In this document: positions 11,920-22,339 of the stretch, in pieces
Layout of the letters: the number at the start of each line of letters is the position of its first letter
How positions within the stretch are numbered: position 1 is the first letter of the stretch
Assembly: GCA_002269645.1 (NCBI GenBank)
Contig: NIVC01001255.1
Span: forward strand, 186,001 to 250,000
Origin: Macrostomum lignano
Lineage: Eukaryota
Length of the DNA stretch: 64,000 nucleotides
Direction of reading: 5' to 3'
The notes under the pieces: model-generated
Database searches by the model: none
Seen by the model: the letters and a program-made list of their open reading frames with translations, nothing else
Told to the model about the DNA's origin: nothing
Position numbers and translations under genes: made by a program

Positions 11920-13100
11920 TGAAAAAATGACAGGAAGGGGAATTTGAGGAGTGACAAGATAGAGAGGATCTGAGGAGTGACAAGATAGACAGGAAGGAGA
12001 TCTGAGGAGTGACAAGATAGACAGGAAGGAGATCTGAGGAGTGACAAGATAGAGAGGATCTGAGGAGTGACAAGATAGACAGAAAGGAGATCTGAGGAGT
12101 GACAAGACCGACAGGAAGGAGATCTGAGGAGTGACAAGACCGACACGAAGGAAATCTGAGGAGTGACAAGATAGAGAGGATCTGAGGAGTGACAAGACCG
12201 ACACGAAGGAAATCTGAGGAGTGACAAGATAGAGAGGATCTGAGGAGTGACAAGACCGACACGAAGGAAATCTGAGGAGTGACAAGATAGAGAGGATCTG
12301 AGGAGTGACAAGACCGACACGAAGGAAATCTGAGGAGTGACAAGATAGAGAGGATCTGAGGAGTGACAAGACCGACAGGAAGGAGATCTGAGGAGTGACA
12401 AGACCGACAGGAAGGAGATCTGAGAAGTGACAAGACCGACAGGAAGGAGATCTGAGGAGTGACAAGACCGACACGAAGGAAATCTGAGGAGTGACAAGAT
12501 AGAGAGGATCTGAGGAGTGACAAGATAGAGAGGATCTGAGGAGTGACAAGACCGACAGGAAGGAGATCTGAGGAGTGACAAGACCGACACGAAGGAAATC
12601 TGAGGAGTGACAAGATAGAGAGGATCTGAGGAGTGACAAGACCGACACGAAGGAAATCTGAGGAGTGACAAGATAGAGAGGATCTGAGGAGTGACAAGAC
12701 CGACAGGAAGGTGATCTGAGGAGTGACAAGACCGACACGAAGGAAATCTGAGGAGTGACAAGATAGAGAGGATCTGAGGAGTGACAAGACCGACACGAAG
12801 GAAATCTGAGGAGTGACAAGATAGAGAGGATCTGAGGAGTGACAAGACCGACAGGAAGGAGATCTGAGGAGTGACAAGACCGACAGGAAGGAGATCTGAG
12901 GAGTGACAAGACCGACAGGAAGGAGATCTGAGGAGTGACAAGACCGACAGGAAGGAGATCTGAGGAGTGACAAGATAGAGAGGATCTGAGGAGTGACAAG
13001 ACCGACAGGAAGGAGATCTGAGGAGTGACAAGACCGACAGGAAGGAGATCTGAGGAGTGACAAGACCGACAGGAAGGTGATCCGAAGAGTGACAAGACGG
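11920..13100. repeat. Composite 27/31-bp intronic minisatellite
   Basis: tctgaggagtgacaaga followed by variable spacers. Confidence 0.95.
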
Positions 13101-13113
13101 AGCGGCAACTCAC

Positions 13114-13765
13114 CCACTCGCACGAGCCGTCGTGCATGAATGTCAGCCGAATGAGGGCGCCGTCGACGGCTTCAACGCGAGCGTTGTGCCAGCCGCCGCG
13201 CAGCTCGGCGACAACGGCCTGCCCGGGCTGCAGACGGAGCAGATCCCGAGTGGGATAGGCGTCCAAGTAGTCGCGAATAAAAAAGCGACTCTCCGGCCCA
13301 GCCAGCCGCCAATTGTTGACGCTCTGAGCCAGGACTCGGTGCACCGCGGCCTGCTCAGAGTACTGACAGTAGCCATCGTCGAAGAATATTAGATAACGAA
13401 ATTTATTAGCCTCGCCGGGCGATTCGGCTACGATGCCGGCGTATCGAGGCGTCTCGTCGCCGTCGGCCTCGGCGTCGGGACCTTCGTCGGCGTAGTCGGG
13501 ATCTGCGACGGTCGATACCACGCGAGTGCCGACCGGGCAGCGCTCCTGACGGGTTAGACAGGAGTCGCCAAGGGCCATCTGGACTGGTTGAACGGTGCGG
13601 CTGAGCTGCGGCTGAGGCTGCGTTGGCTGCTGGTTGGCGGCCAGCGTCGGGGCGCCGAGGAATCGAACAACGTAGGCGTCGCGCGGCAGCTCGTGGGTAA
13701 CGACGGCGCGGCACCATTCGTCTTGGTCGCGCAGGGCGAACACTGATTCGCCGACGTGAACTTTG
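13114..13765 (-). CDS. SETDB1: SETDB1 exon: triple Tudor domain
   Basis: ttccgcag|C KVHVGESVFALR...PVGTRVV...YAGIVAESPGEANKFRYLIFFDDGYCQY...ARVEAVDGALIRLTF...CEW|gtgagt; phase 2/0, consistent with neighbouring exons. Confidence 0.92.
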
Positions 13766-13789
13766 CTGCGGAAAATAGGCGGATTGCGG

Positions 13790-14430
13790 TAGTTGCTATG
13801 GGGAATGGTGACAGTTGCTATGGAGAGTGGTGACAGTTGTTATGGGGTGGTGACAGTTGTTATGAGGAATGGTGACAGTTGCTATGGAGAGTGGTGACAG
13901 TTGTTATGGGGTGGTGACAGTTGTTATGGGGAATGGTGACAGTTGCTATGGAGAGTGGTGACAGTTGTTATGGGGTGGTGACAGTTGTTATGGGGAATGG
14001 TGACAGTTGCTATGGAGAGTGGTGACAGTTGCTATGGGAAATGGCGACAGTTGCTATGGGAAATGGCGACAGTTGCTATGGGGAATGGCGACAGTTCCTA
14101 TGGGGAATGGTGATAGTTGATATGGAGAATGGTGACAGTTGCTATGGGGAGTTGTGACAGTTGCTATGGGGAGTTGTGACAGTTGCTTTGGGGAGTTGTG
14201 ACAGTTGCTATGGGGAGTTGTGACAGTTGCTTTGGGGAGTTGTGACAGTTGCTATGGGAAGTTGTGACAGTTGCTATGGGGAGTTGTGACAGTTGCTTTG
14301 GGGAGTTGTGACAGTTGCTATGGGGAGTTGTGACAGTTGCTATGGGGAATGGCGACAGTTGCTATGGGGAATGGCGACAGTTGCTATGGGGAATGGCGAC
14401 AGTTGCTATGGAGAATGGCGACAGTTGCTA
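13790..14430. repeat. 22-bp intronic minisatellite
   Basis: gttgctatggggagttgtgaca family. Confidence 0.95.
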
Positions 14431-14443
14431 TATAACGACTTAC

Positions 14444-14914
14444 TAAGGTTTCTCCAACAGATCTGTAGTAATAAGATTTTTGAGATTTTCCGCGGTCAGC
14501 AGTTTAACCGGCGCCGTTAGCACCACTCGCCGTCCGACACCAGCAGCTCCGCCAGATGCAACCGTCGACGAAGCTGCCTCGCCGTTGTCCAATCGGCGAA
14601 CTTTACTCGCCGGCGGGATGGACACCCCCGCGGCAGTTGGCTCCGCTCTAGTAGTCGCCGAATCATCAGCAACGGATGTCGGCGGAGGCGGAGGCGGAAT
14701 CGGCGCCGGCGCCGGCGGCCCGTCGACAATCAAAACGTCGGCGTCGGAATCGTCGGAATCGATGTCGAGAGTCAGCGTGTCGCCAACCAGACCGTCGCCG
14801 TGTCCCTCTCTACGACGCTGATGCGACTTTGTCGGATCGTCGATAATAACGACATCGTCGTCGCTGTCTTTGTCGCTGTCGCTGAGCTCAATGACGGTGA
14901 CCTGAGCTCGGAGA
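14444..14914 (-). CDS. SETDB1: SETDB1 exon: acidic, SIM-rich low-complexity N-terminal region
   Basis: tttcccag|T LRAQVTVIELSDSDKDSDDDVVIIDD...DVLIVDGPP...LLEKP TA|gtaagt; phase 2/2 joins upstream and downstream exons in frame. Confidence 0.85.
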
Positions 14915-15163
14915 CTGGGAAAGAGATATACGGATTTCGGGGGTCATTGGTTTTGGGATTTGGAATCATTAACCTTTGAATTTCGGCGTCAGTGTTTTGG
15001 GATTTGTGGATCATTAATGTTGGGATTTCAGGATCATTAATATTTGGATTTAGGGATCAGTAATGTTAGGGTTTAGGGATCATTAATGTTAGTTTAGGGA
15101 TCATTAATGTTGGGATTTCGGGATCAGTAATATTGGGATTTAGGGATCATTACTTTCATACAT

Positions 15164-15319
15164 GCGCAACCTTGGGAATCACTCGGCCGTTTCTATTGGC
15201 AACACACACATGTAAGTCGCTATTGGCTGAGAGCAGTCACGTGACTACTATTCCGTCCAATAGCGACTTACATGTGTGTGTTGCCAATAGAAACGGCCGG
15301 GTGAATCCCTAGGTTGCGC
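15164..15319. mobile_element. Palindromic MITE, copy 1
   Basis: About 63-bp inverted arms gcgcaacc...gctattgg / ccaatagc...ggttgcgc, embedded in an intronic minisatellite. Confidence 0.7.
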
Positions 15320-15570
15320 CCAAGCATGATTACTTTTGGGATTAGGATCAGTAATGTTGGGATTTAGGGATGATTAATTTTGGGATTTAGGGATCATTAA
15401 TGTTGGCATTTCGGGATCAGTAATATTGGGATTTAGGGATCATTACTTTTGGGATTAGGATCAGTAATGTTGGGATTTAGGGGATCCGTAATGTTTGGAT
15501 TTCGGGATTAGTGGTTTTGGGATTTCGGGATCAGTAATATTGGGATTTAGGGATCATTACTTTCATACAT

Positions 15571-15726
15571 GCGCAACCTTGGGAATCACTCAGCCGTTTC
15601 TATTGGCAACACACACATGTAAGTCGCTATTGGCTGAGAGCAGTCACGTGACTACTATTCCGTCCAATAGCGACTTACATGTGTGTGTTGCCAATAGAAA
15701 CGGCCGGGTGAATCCCTAGGTTGCGC
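15571..15726. mobile_element. Palindromic MITE, copy 2
   Basis: Near-identical to copy 1, offset 407 bp, with duplicated flanks. Confidence 0.7.
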
Positions 15727-16038
15727 CCAAGCATGATTACTTTTGGGATTAGGATCAGTAATGTTGGGATTTAGGGATGATTAATTTTGGGATTTAGGGA
15801 TCATTAATGTTGGCATTTCGGGATCAGTAATATTGGGATTTAGGGATCATTACTTTTGGGATTAGGATCAGTAATGTTGGGATTTCGGGATTAGTGGTTT
15901 TGGGATTTAGGGATCAGTAATTTTGTGATTTCGGGATCTAGGGAACATATGTTTCAGGTACAATAAATTCTGGGATCTTGACTTTGGTTGCCATAAACTT
16001 TGGATTATGAATATTGGACAGATAAAAGCAGAACTCAC

Positions 16039-16126
16039 CCAGCCTCCAGCTCGTTAAACTTTATAGTCCTTGCTCGCAGTTCGGCGTCCATGGCCTGAAC
16101 TGAACTGTTCACTTCGCCGAATTTTT
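16039..16126 (-). CDS. SETDB1: SETDB1 N-terminal exon (88 nt)
   Basis: tttgcgcag|AA KFGEVNSSVQAMDAELRARTIKFNELEA GG|gtgagt; phase 1/2, consistent with both neighbours. Confidence 0.75.
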
Positions 16127-16215
16127 CTGCGCAAAGTAAAGGCCCAGATTGATTATTAACAGCATAAAATATTAAAGCACAAAAATATTAACTCAGTAAA
16201 TTAATTTCAACTCAC

Positions 16216-16371
16216 CCCCAGCGACTTTTAACCGCCTAATGACATCTTGATAAAAGGTGCACTTAGTCAATTCTCTGTTTAGCCCTTCGTCGACTCGAAG
16301 ATATTGGAATAGAAATCTGTTCACAATCGCATCGATGGGGTCGCTGAAACTCGAGTTGTTGTTGCTCTGGG
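16216..16371 (-). CDS. SETDB1: SETDB1 N-terminal exon
   Basis: QSNNNSSFSDPIDAIVNRFLFQYLRVDEGLNRELTKCTFYQDVIRRLKVAG G|gtgagt; strong phase-1 donor; acceptor position uncertain (16371 or a nearby AG). Confidence 0.65.
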
Positions 16372-16444
16372 CTGGTCAATTAAAGAATTTGGAGAGGCCA
16401 CGTTAGCGGTATTGCCATACAAAGTTTTTAACAGGAAAGCATAG

Positions 16445-17900
16445 GAGATGAGATGGGATGGGATTTGATCATTGGTAGGATAGGTTGGGATAAAATGGGA
16501 TTTGATCATTGGTAGGATAGGTTGGGATAAAATGGGATTTGATCATTGGTAGGATAGGTTGGGATAAAATGGGATTTGATCATTGGTAGGATAGGTTGGG
16601 ATAAAATGGGATTTGATCATTGGTAGGATAGGTTGGGATAAAATGGGATTTGATCATTGGTAGGATAGGTTGGGATAAAATGGGATTTGATCATTGGTAG
16701 GATAGGTTGGGATAAAATGGGATTTGATCATTGGTAGGATAGGTTGGGATAGAATGGGATTTGATCATTGGTAGGATAGGTTGGGATAGAATGGGATTTG
16801 ATCATTGGTAGGATAGGTTGGGATAAAATGGGATTTGATCATTGGTAGGATAGGTTGGGATAAAATGGGATTTGATCATTGGTAGGATAGGTTGGGATAA
16901 AATGGGATTTGATCATTGGTAGGATAGGTTGGGATAAAATGGGATTTGATCATTGGTAGGATAGGTTGGGATAAAATGGGATTTGATCATTGGTAGGATA
17001 GGTTGGGATAAAATGGGATTTGATCATTGGTAGGATAGGTTGGGATAAAATGGGATTTGATCATTGGTGGGATAGTTGGGATAGAATGGGATTTGGTCAT
17101 TGGTGGGATAGTTGGGATAGAATGGGATTTGGTCATTGGTGGGATAGTTGGGATAAACTGGGATTTGGTCATTGGTGAGAATTGGATTTGGTCATTGGTG
17201 AGATTAAATGGGATTAGGTCATTGGTGAGAATAAATGGGAGTTGGTCATTGGTGAGATTAAATGGGATTTGGTCATTGGTGAGATTAAATGGGATTTGGT
17301 CATTAGTGAGATTAAATAGGATTTGGTCATTGGTGAGATTAAATTGGATTTGGTCATTAGTGAGATTAAATGGGATTTGGTCATTGGTGAGATTAAATGG
17401 GATTTGGTCATTGGTGAGATTAAATTGGATTTGGTCATTGGTGAGATTAAATGGGATTTGGTCATTAGTGAGATTAAATGGGATTTGGTCATTAGTGAGA
17501 TTAAATAGGATTTGGTCATTGGTGAGATTAAATGGGATTTGGTCATTAGTGAGATTAAATAGGATTTGGTCATTGGTGAGATTAAATTGGATTTGGTCAT
17601 TAGTGAGATTAAATGGGATTTGGTCATTGGTGAGATTAAATGGGATTTGGTCATTGGTGAGATTAAATTGGATTTGGTCATTGGTGAGATTAAATGGGAT
17701 TTGGTCATTAGTGAGATTAAATGGGATTTGGTCATTGGTGAGATTAAATGGGATTTGGTCATTGGTGAGATTAAATTGGATTTGGTCATTGGTGAGATAA
17801 AATGTGATTTGGTCATTGATGGGATAATTGGGATAAAATGGGATTTGCCATTTGTGCTAATGGGATGCAATGAGACTTAGGGATGAAATTGGATTATGTC
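16445..17900. repeat. 37-bp array grading into a 27-bp array
   Basis: gggataaaatgggatttgatcattggtaggataggtt, then ggtgagattaaatgggatttggtcatt. Confidence 0.95.
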
Positions 17901-18137
17901 ATTGTTGGGATATTAGAGAAATTTCCAGCAAAGATACTTCCCTTCATATTAAATGTGAAAGTCAAATAAAAATTTGATGCGATTACTGAGAATTGCATGT
18001 AAAATTCCCATAGTTGAAGCCTAACGAGTGCTAAGATTGACGCAATTCCTCCCTTGTTTTTCTCCCGACAAAAAGCAGACGGATATTAAAAAGGAAGGCA
18101 ACGAAGTTTCTAAGGCTTCAACTCTGTTTTATCACAA

Positions 18138-18195
18138 GAGGTTTTAGTCAGAGCGCCAGACTCACGACTGAAAGGTCGGGGTTCGATTCTTGACC
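18138..18195 (+). mobile_element. tRNA-derived SINE head fragment
   Basis: agactcacgactgaaaggtcggggttcgattc with an intact B box; homologous to 19916-19980. Confidence 0.55.
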
Positions 18196-18650
18196 TACTT
18201 GGAAAAAGAGATGCGTCGATTTTTTACCTACTTGGAAAAAGAGGATGCGTCGATTCTTGACCTACTTGGAAAAAGAGGATGTGTCGGTTCTTGACCTACT
18301 TGGAAAAAGAGGATGTGTCGATTCTTGACCTACTTTGAAAAAGAGGATGTGTCGGTTCTTGACCTACTTGGAAAAAGAGGATGTCGATTCTTGACCTACT
18401 TGGAAAAAGAGGATGTGTCGGTTCTTGACCTACTTGGAAAAAGAGGATGCGTCGATTCTTGACCTACTTGGAAAAAGAGGATGTCGATTCTTGACCTACT
18501 TGGAAAAAGAGGATGTCGATTCTTGACCTACTTGGAAAAAGAGGATGTGTCGGTTCTTGACCTACTTGTAAAAAGAGGATGTGTCGGTTCTTGACCTACT
18601 TGGAAAAAGAGAATGCGTCGGTTCTTGACCTACTTGGAAAAAGAGGATGT
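18190..18650. repeat. 32-34-bp minisatellite abutting a SINE B box
   Basis: tcttgacctacttggaaaaagaggatgtgtcg units. Confidence 0.93.
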
Positions 18651-19030
18651 GAACTTTAGAGTTCCAAATAGCTCCCGCTATGCCTAAAACCGACCACTTT
18701 AGCATTTGGGGATCTCTATGCGGAGAAATGGGATAACTGGAGATTTAATGTGCACAGAAACCTTCCTGAGTTTAATATTTTTTATTGTTTTTTTCAGGAG
18801 CCTCTAGTATACAGCCATTTATGAAACATTGTACTAAAACTTAACGTAAGAGATAACATAATGGGGCCATAAAATAACATTACTATCGTTACTATTTTCA
18901 TACAAACATAAAAAGAGCGTTGTTCATCATGGTCATCTCGTCATTTAAGCATTTGAAGCTCCAAATGAAGACATTGGCGTAAAGAAATCGGGACCCAATG
19001 CTTCGGGCTCCATTTTGCCTCTTAAGTTCT

Positions 19031-19125
19031 TTGTGTCCTTCAGCAAGACACTTAACTCTGCATTGCTTCAGTTCACCCAGCTGTATAAAATGGGTGCCAG
19101 CATTAGCTGGGGTAGTTAATGGTGA
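19031..19125 (+). mobile_element. SINE central-domain fragment
   Basis: tgtgtccttcagcaagacacttaactc...cagttcacccagctgtataaaatgggtgccagc; CORE-like and homologous to 19991-20080. Confidence 0.65.
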
Positions 19126-19179
19126 CACAAGCAGTTGCTTATTCATTTGATTATTAACCGCGCCAAACTCTGCTTAGCC

Positions 19180-19455
19180 CTATTCTACAAGAGACTCACA
19201 ATCAGCATCAGAGTCCAACACGTGTTTCCTAGCCATTGACTGCAGCTCGTCTCGAGGCACCACAGCGTAGAATCGAGCCTCAAATGCCGTCTGGATTTCC
19301 GCCTGGGTGCTCAGCGGCAGCGGCTGCTGGCAGTCCTGCTGATTTTGGTCTAACGGGGCTACAGCCTGCCTACAGCAGTGGATGATGGCGCTGACCCAGG
19401 CGCTTTTCACCTGGGCTAGCCGTTCAGAACAGACATTAGTGGCGCCATTCGACAT
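19180..19455 (-). CDS. Candidate first coding exon of SETDB1 (or unrelated short ORF)
   Basis: GC-rich ATG-initiated ORF MSNGATNVCSERLAQVKSAW... on the same strand, upstream of the last confirmed SETDB1 exon. Only a weak donor (CTT|gtagaa); no recognisable homology. Confidence 0.3.
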   Translation of the reverse strand: MSNGATNVCSERLAQVKSAWVSAIIHCCRQAVAPLDQNQQDCQQPLPLSTQAEIQTAFEARFYAVVPRDELQSMARKHVLDSDADCESLVE

Positions 19456-19915
19456 GCTGGCGACAATGGGGCTGAGAAATAGAGCTGATACTGGAAGTCC
19501 ACGGCGGACTGCAGCAAAAAAAGTGTTCTTGCAGTTTTTATGTTTTCTTTTGCAAATTGAAAATCTGCTTCAGCTGGACTTCATATGTGAAGCCCCAGTT
19601 CTTTCATTAGATTTAAAAAGGCAAAAATTGTCACGAATTCTCTCTTCTGCATACAGAATCTAAGTTGGATACTTGGTTAACAAAAAAACATTTCTTGGCC
19701 CTGACTTTCTCATTGTACACACTTTGTGCCTTGGGATTTGATCATCTTAGAAGTGAGAAGGTACTGACAAATCTTTAGACCTTATTAACCCAGTATTTAC
19801 TCACTTACGTACTTACTCTATGAGGTCCCTGAGCTAAGTATACGCGCGGTCGTAGAGATGCTTGATAATTGGAGTTTTAAAAGCTAACACTATATGTTGA
19901 TCCTGACATTATCAA

Positions 19916-20223
19916 CATAGCTTAGTGGTTAGACCGTCGAACTCACGACTTGAAGGTCAGGGGTTTGATTCTCGATCCCGCTGGAACAATTTGTGTCCTA
20001 GAGCAATACACTTAACTCTATTGTACATTGCTTCAGTTCACCCAGCTGTAAAATGGGTGCCAGCATTAGCTGGGGTAATTGAGGGACTGAGGGTGTGGCA
20101 ACCTCATACCCCAGTCCTTGGACTGAACAGCCGTACGCAGCCTTCAGATGCGCCGGGCAGTAGATGTCGGCTGCACAACTGGCCCAATTGGGGCAGGTGT
20201 AATCAATTATATCATTATTATTA
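19916..20223 (+). mobile_element. tRNA-derived SINE with CORE-like central domain
   Basis: A box tagcttagtgg, degenerate B box ggtttgattc, CORE-like gtgtcc...cacttaac...ctgtaaaatggg, and an (ATT)n-like tail. Confidence 0.7.
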
Positions 20224-22181
20224 AGCAGAATAAATCGCGGTTACAAATACGGACCCTTTCAGTTCTGTTTCTGTCAACCTTGTGCTTTCAGTTTAGCAAG
20301 CGTTCGTCTCACCCCCTTTTCCAGTCCTCTCCGCTCTTCCTGCGTTTCCGCGAGCTTCTGATTAAGTTCCCGCTTGAACCTCTGACATATCAGAGTCTGC
20401 TCAGAAGCTAACACCACCCTCTAACCTCCCCGTTGGATCTGCTGACTCGGTCGTTTTTTTGTTGCTTCTGACTGAAGCCTGAAGGAACTACAACCTAAGA
20501 TTTTAGATTGGAGCCACCTCACCTACCGGACGTTAAGTTAGCCGGCGTACGAGAAGTACAGTAATAAAAGTAATGTTGATGGCAAGACAGGTTCGCAAAA
20601 CTTCGGATCATCTAAGCCAGTTAATCCCTTTACGCCCCCAGCACACATACAACCCAAGCTACGGCTGTTACACAGCTTGCAGAGCATTAAAGAAACCATC
20701 AAATCGACATATCGGGAATCATAATTGAGCGCGTAAAACTGGAAGTTCGTCGATTCTTTTTTTCTAATTCTTTGGAATTCGAAGCACAGCAGATTAACGC
20801 TAAATTGTGCTGGCCCAGTCAACTAGGCACTTTGCGTAACACTGTACTACGATAAGAAATTCGAGGCCCACAAACACTCCTGTGCGTAGGTTTATGCTCG
20901 GGATTCGGCAAAATGACCATTCTTAATTGCCTCCTCGATGGCTGCGCGCCGACAGTCGCCTTGATTTGCCGCAGTTCTCAAACCACCACTCCACAACTAA
21001 TAAGGTCTATTATGCGATACGGTCGTAGAATATATTAAAGTAAAAGTCCAAATGGGATGAAATAACGGGTGAATGAAGCTGATTTACGATCTGATCTACA
21101 ATAGTTTCTTTCGCGACATATAAGCTCTTAAGCAATCTCAGTCAAGCATCAATAGGTCAGATTCCTCAACTGCTAGTTAGCTTCATCATCTATCTAGCAA
21201 CCGGAAATGACGCACTGTCTCCCTTCTATACGATAATGACAAGTAGAAAGTATGCAGAAAAATATTACGGTTCTCAGTCATGAAAATCTCCAATATTCAC
21301 AAGAAAGCCCATTCCAGATTTTGCAATCAGGCACGCTCTTAGCTGTGCGCAAGAGCTCTCTGATAGAGTAATAATTCTACGCAAAGCCTTGTAAGTCCAG
21401 CAATTAACAGATTGACATCTCGTTCACTGCAGAGCCAGATCTGGCCGAACACAAGATAACTAGATGTGGTTGCACTCAACTACAAATAGAAAAAGCCTTC
21501 AAAGTGCGAGTCTGCACCAGACTCTACTACATCTTCTAGCTGTACCCACAGTCAACAGCTGATATAAATCACAATCGCAAAATTTATTAATTAGCAATAA
21601 AAGCTTAACTAAAAAGAGGGAGCTGAAAAAATGCTGAATAACAAAATTCTAGATAGCCAAGTGCACGTGATCAACCCATTCTTTATTACTAAGCGGACCT
21701 AACTAAAAATAGCATTTGAATAGAAAGGACCTTCCTTTTTCACGGTCAGCTTTCTGTATGAGTTCAGCAGGTGCAAGCACGAAGATGCTTGGACATAGAG
21801 AAAAGAGACAGTCTTATTCTAAAAATTCTTAGTCTAACTTCTACTTTTTCAAGTCGACAGAATAGGAAAAAATGTCAAACATCAAAAGACAGACGACGCC
21901 GAACGACTGTACTTGCGAGATAAAGATGAAGGAGAAAGATTTCCTGCTATCAATGGGGCTTCTGATCTGAGGGCTCACCGACCGGACAGGCCTAGCTATA
22001 TGCGGATGGTAAAATGGAAAATAGAATGACAGAAGAAGGATGTGAGAGAAAAGCCAGGGGGGAAGACCTATAAGCGACCAGACGCCAGATTCCAATAGGG
22101 ATTACTGGGCGCCAAGCTAAGCTGGCAGGGGGTGCGGGCGATATGAGGAGATGGGAAAGGACTGGGGCGAAACCCGGTCAG

Positions 22182-22225
22182 CCAATAGACGTGTGTGGGA
22201 GACCAGTAAGCCCAAGAGTATAAAA
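22182..22225 (+). promoter_or_regulatory. Possible CCAAT box and TATA box of the GPCR gene
   Basis: CCAAT at 22182 and TATAAAA at 22219, about 120 nt upstream of the ATG; motif match only. Confidence 0.3.
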
Positions 22226-22339
22226 TATGCAACATAAGCGGCTGCTATCGCGAAATCAAACACTAAAATGTGATTGGAAAAAGTCCAATATCAAGAACTA
22301 GGAATTCTAGACTTGACTACATATTTTTATTCAACAGAA

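Larger units (their letters stand above)
14940..15940. repeat. About 23-bp intronic minisatellite
   Basis: gggatttagggatcattaatgtt family, interrupted by two MITE copies. Confidence 0.9.

Noticed and set aside
11920-13100. Constant motif with variable spacers resembling a CRISPR array
   Set aside because: The spacers are a few recurring variants rather than unique sequences; eukaryotic intron, no cas genes.
11873-13113. Long ORFs 11076-13031 and 11878-13743 read as single CDSs
   Set aside because: They run through the intronic minisatellite; splicing 13114 to 11828 restores the conserved CEW-VYRGSTRL motif. The alternative acceptor at 11872 is out of phase.
14940-15940. TTAGGG hexamers suggesting interstitial telomere
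   Set aside because: Single hexamers within a 23-bp unit, not tandem telomeric repeats.
18138-19990. tRNA genes
   Set aside because: No complete cloverleaf or acceptor stem; the heads continue into SINE body or satellite.
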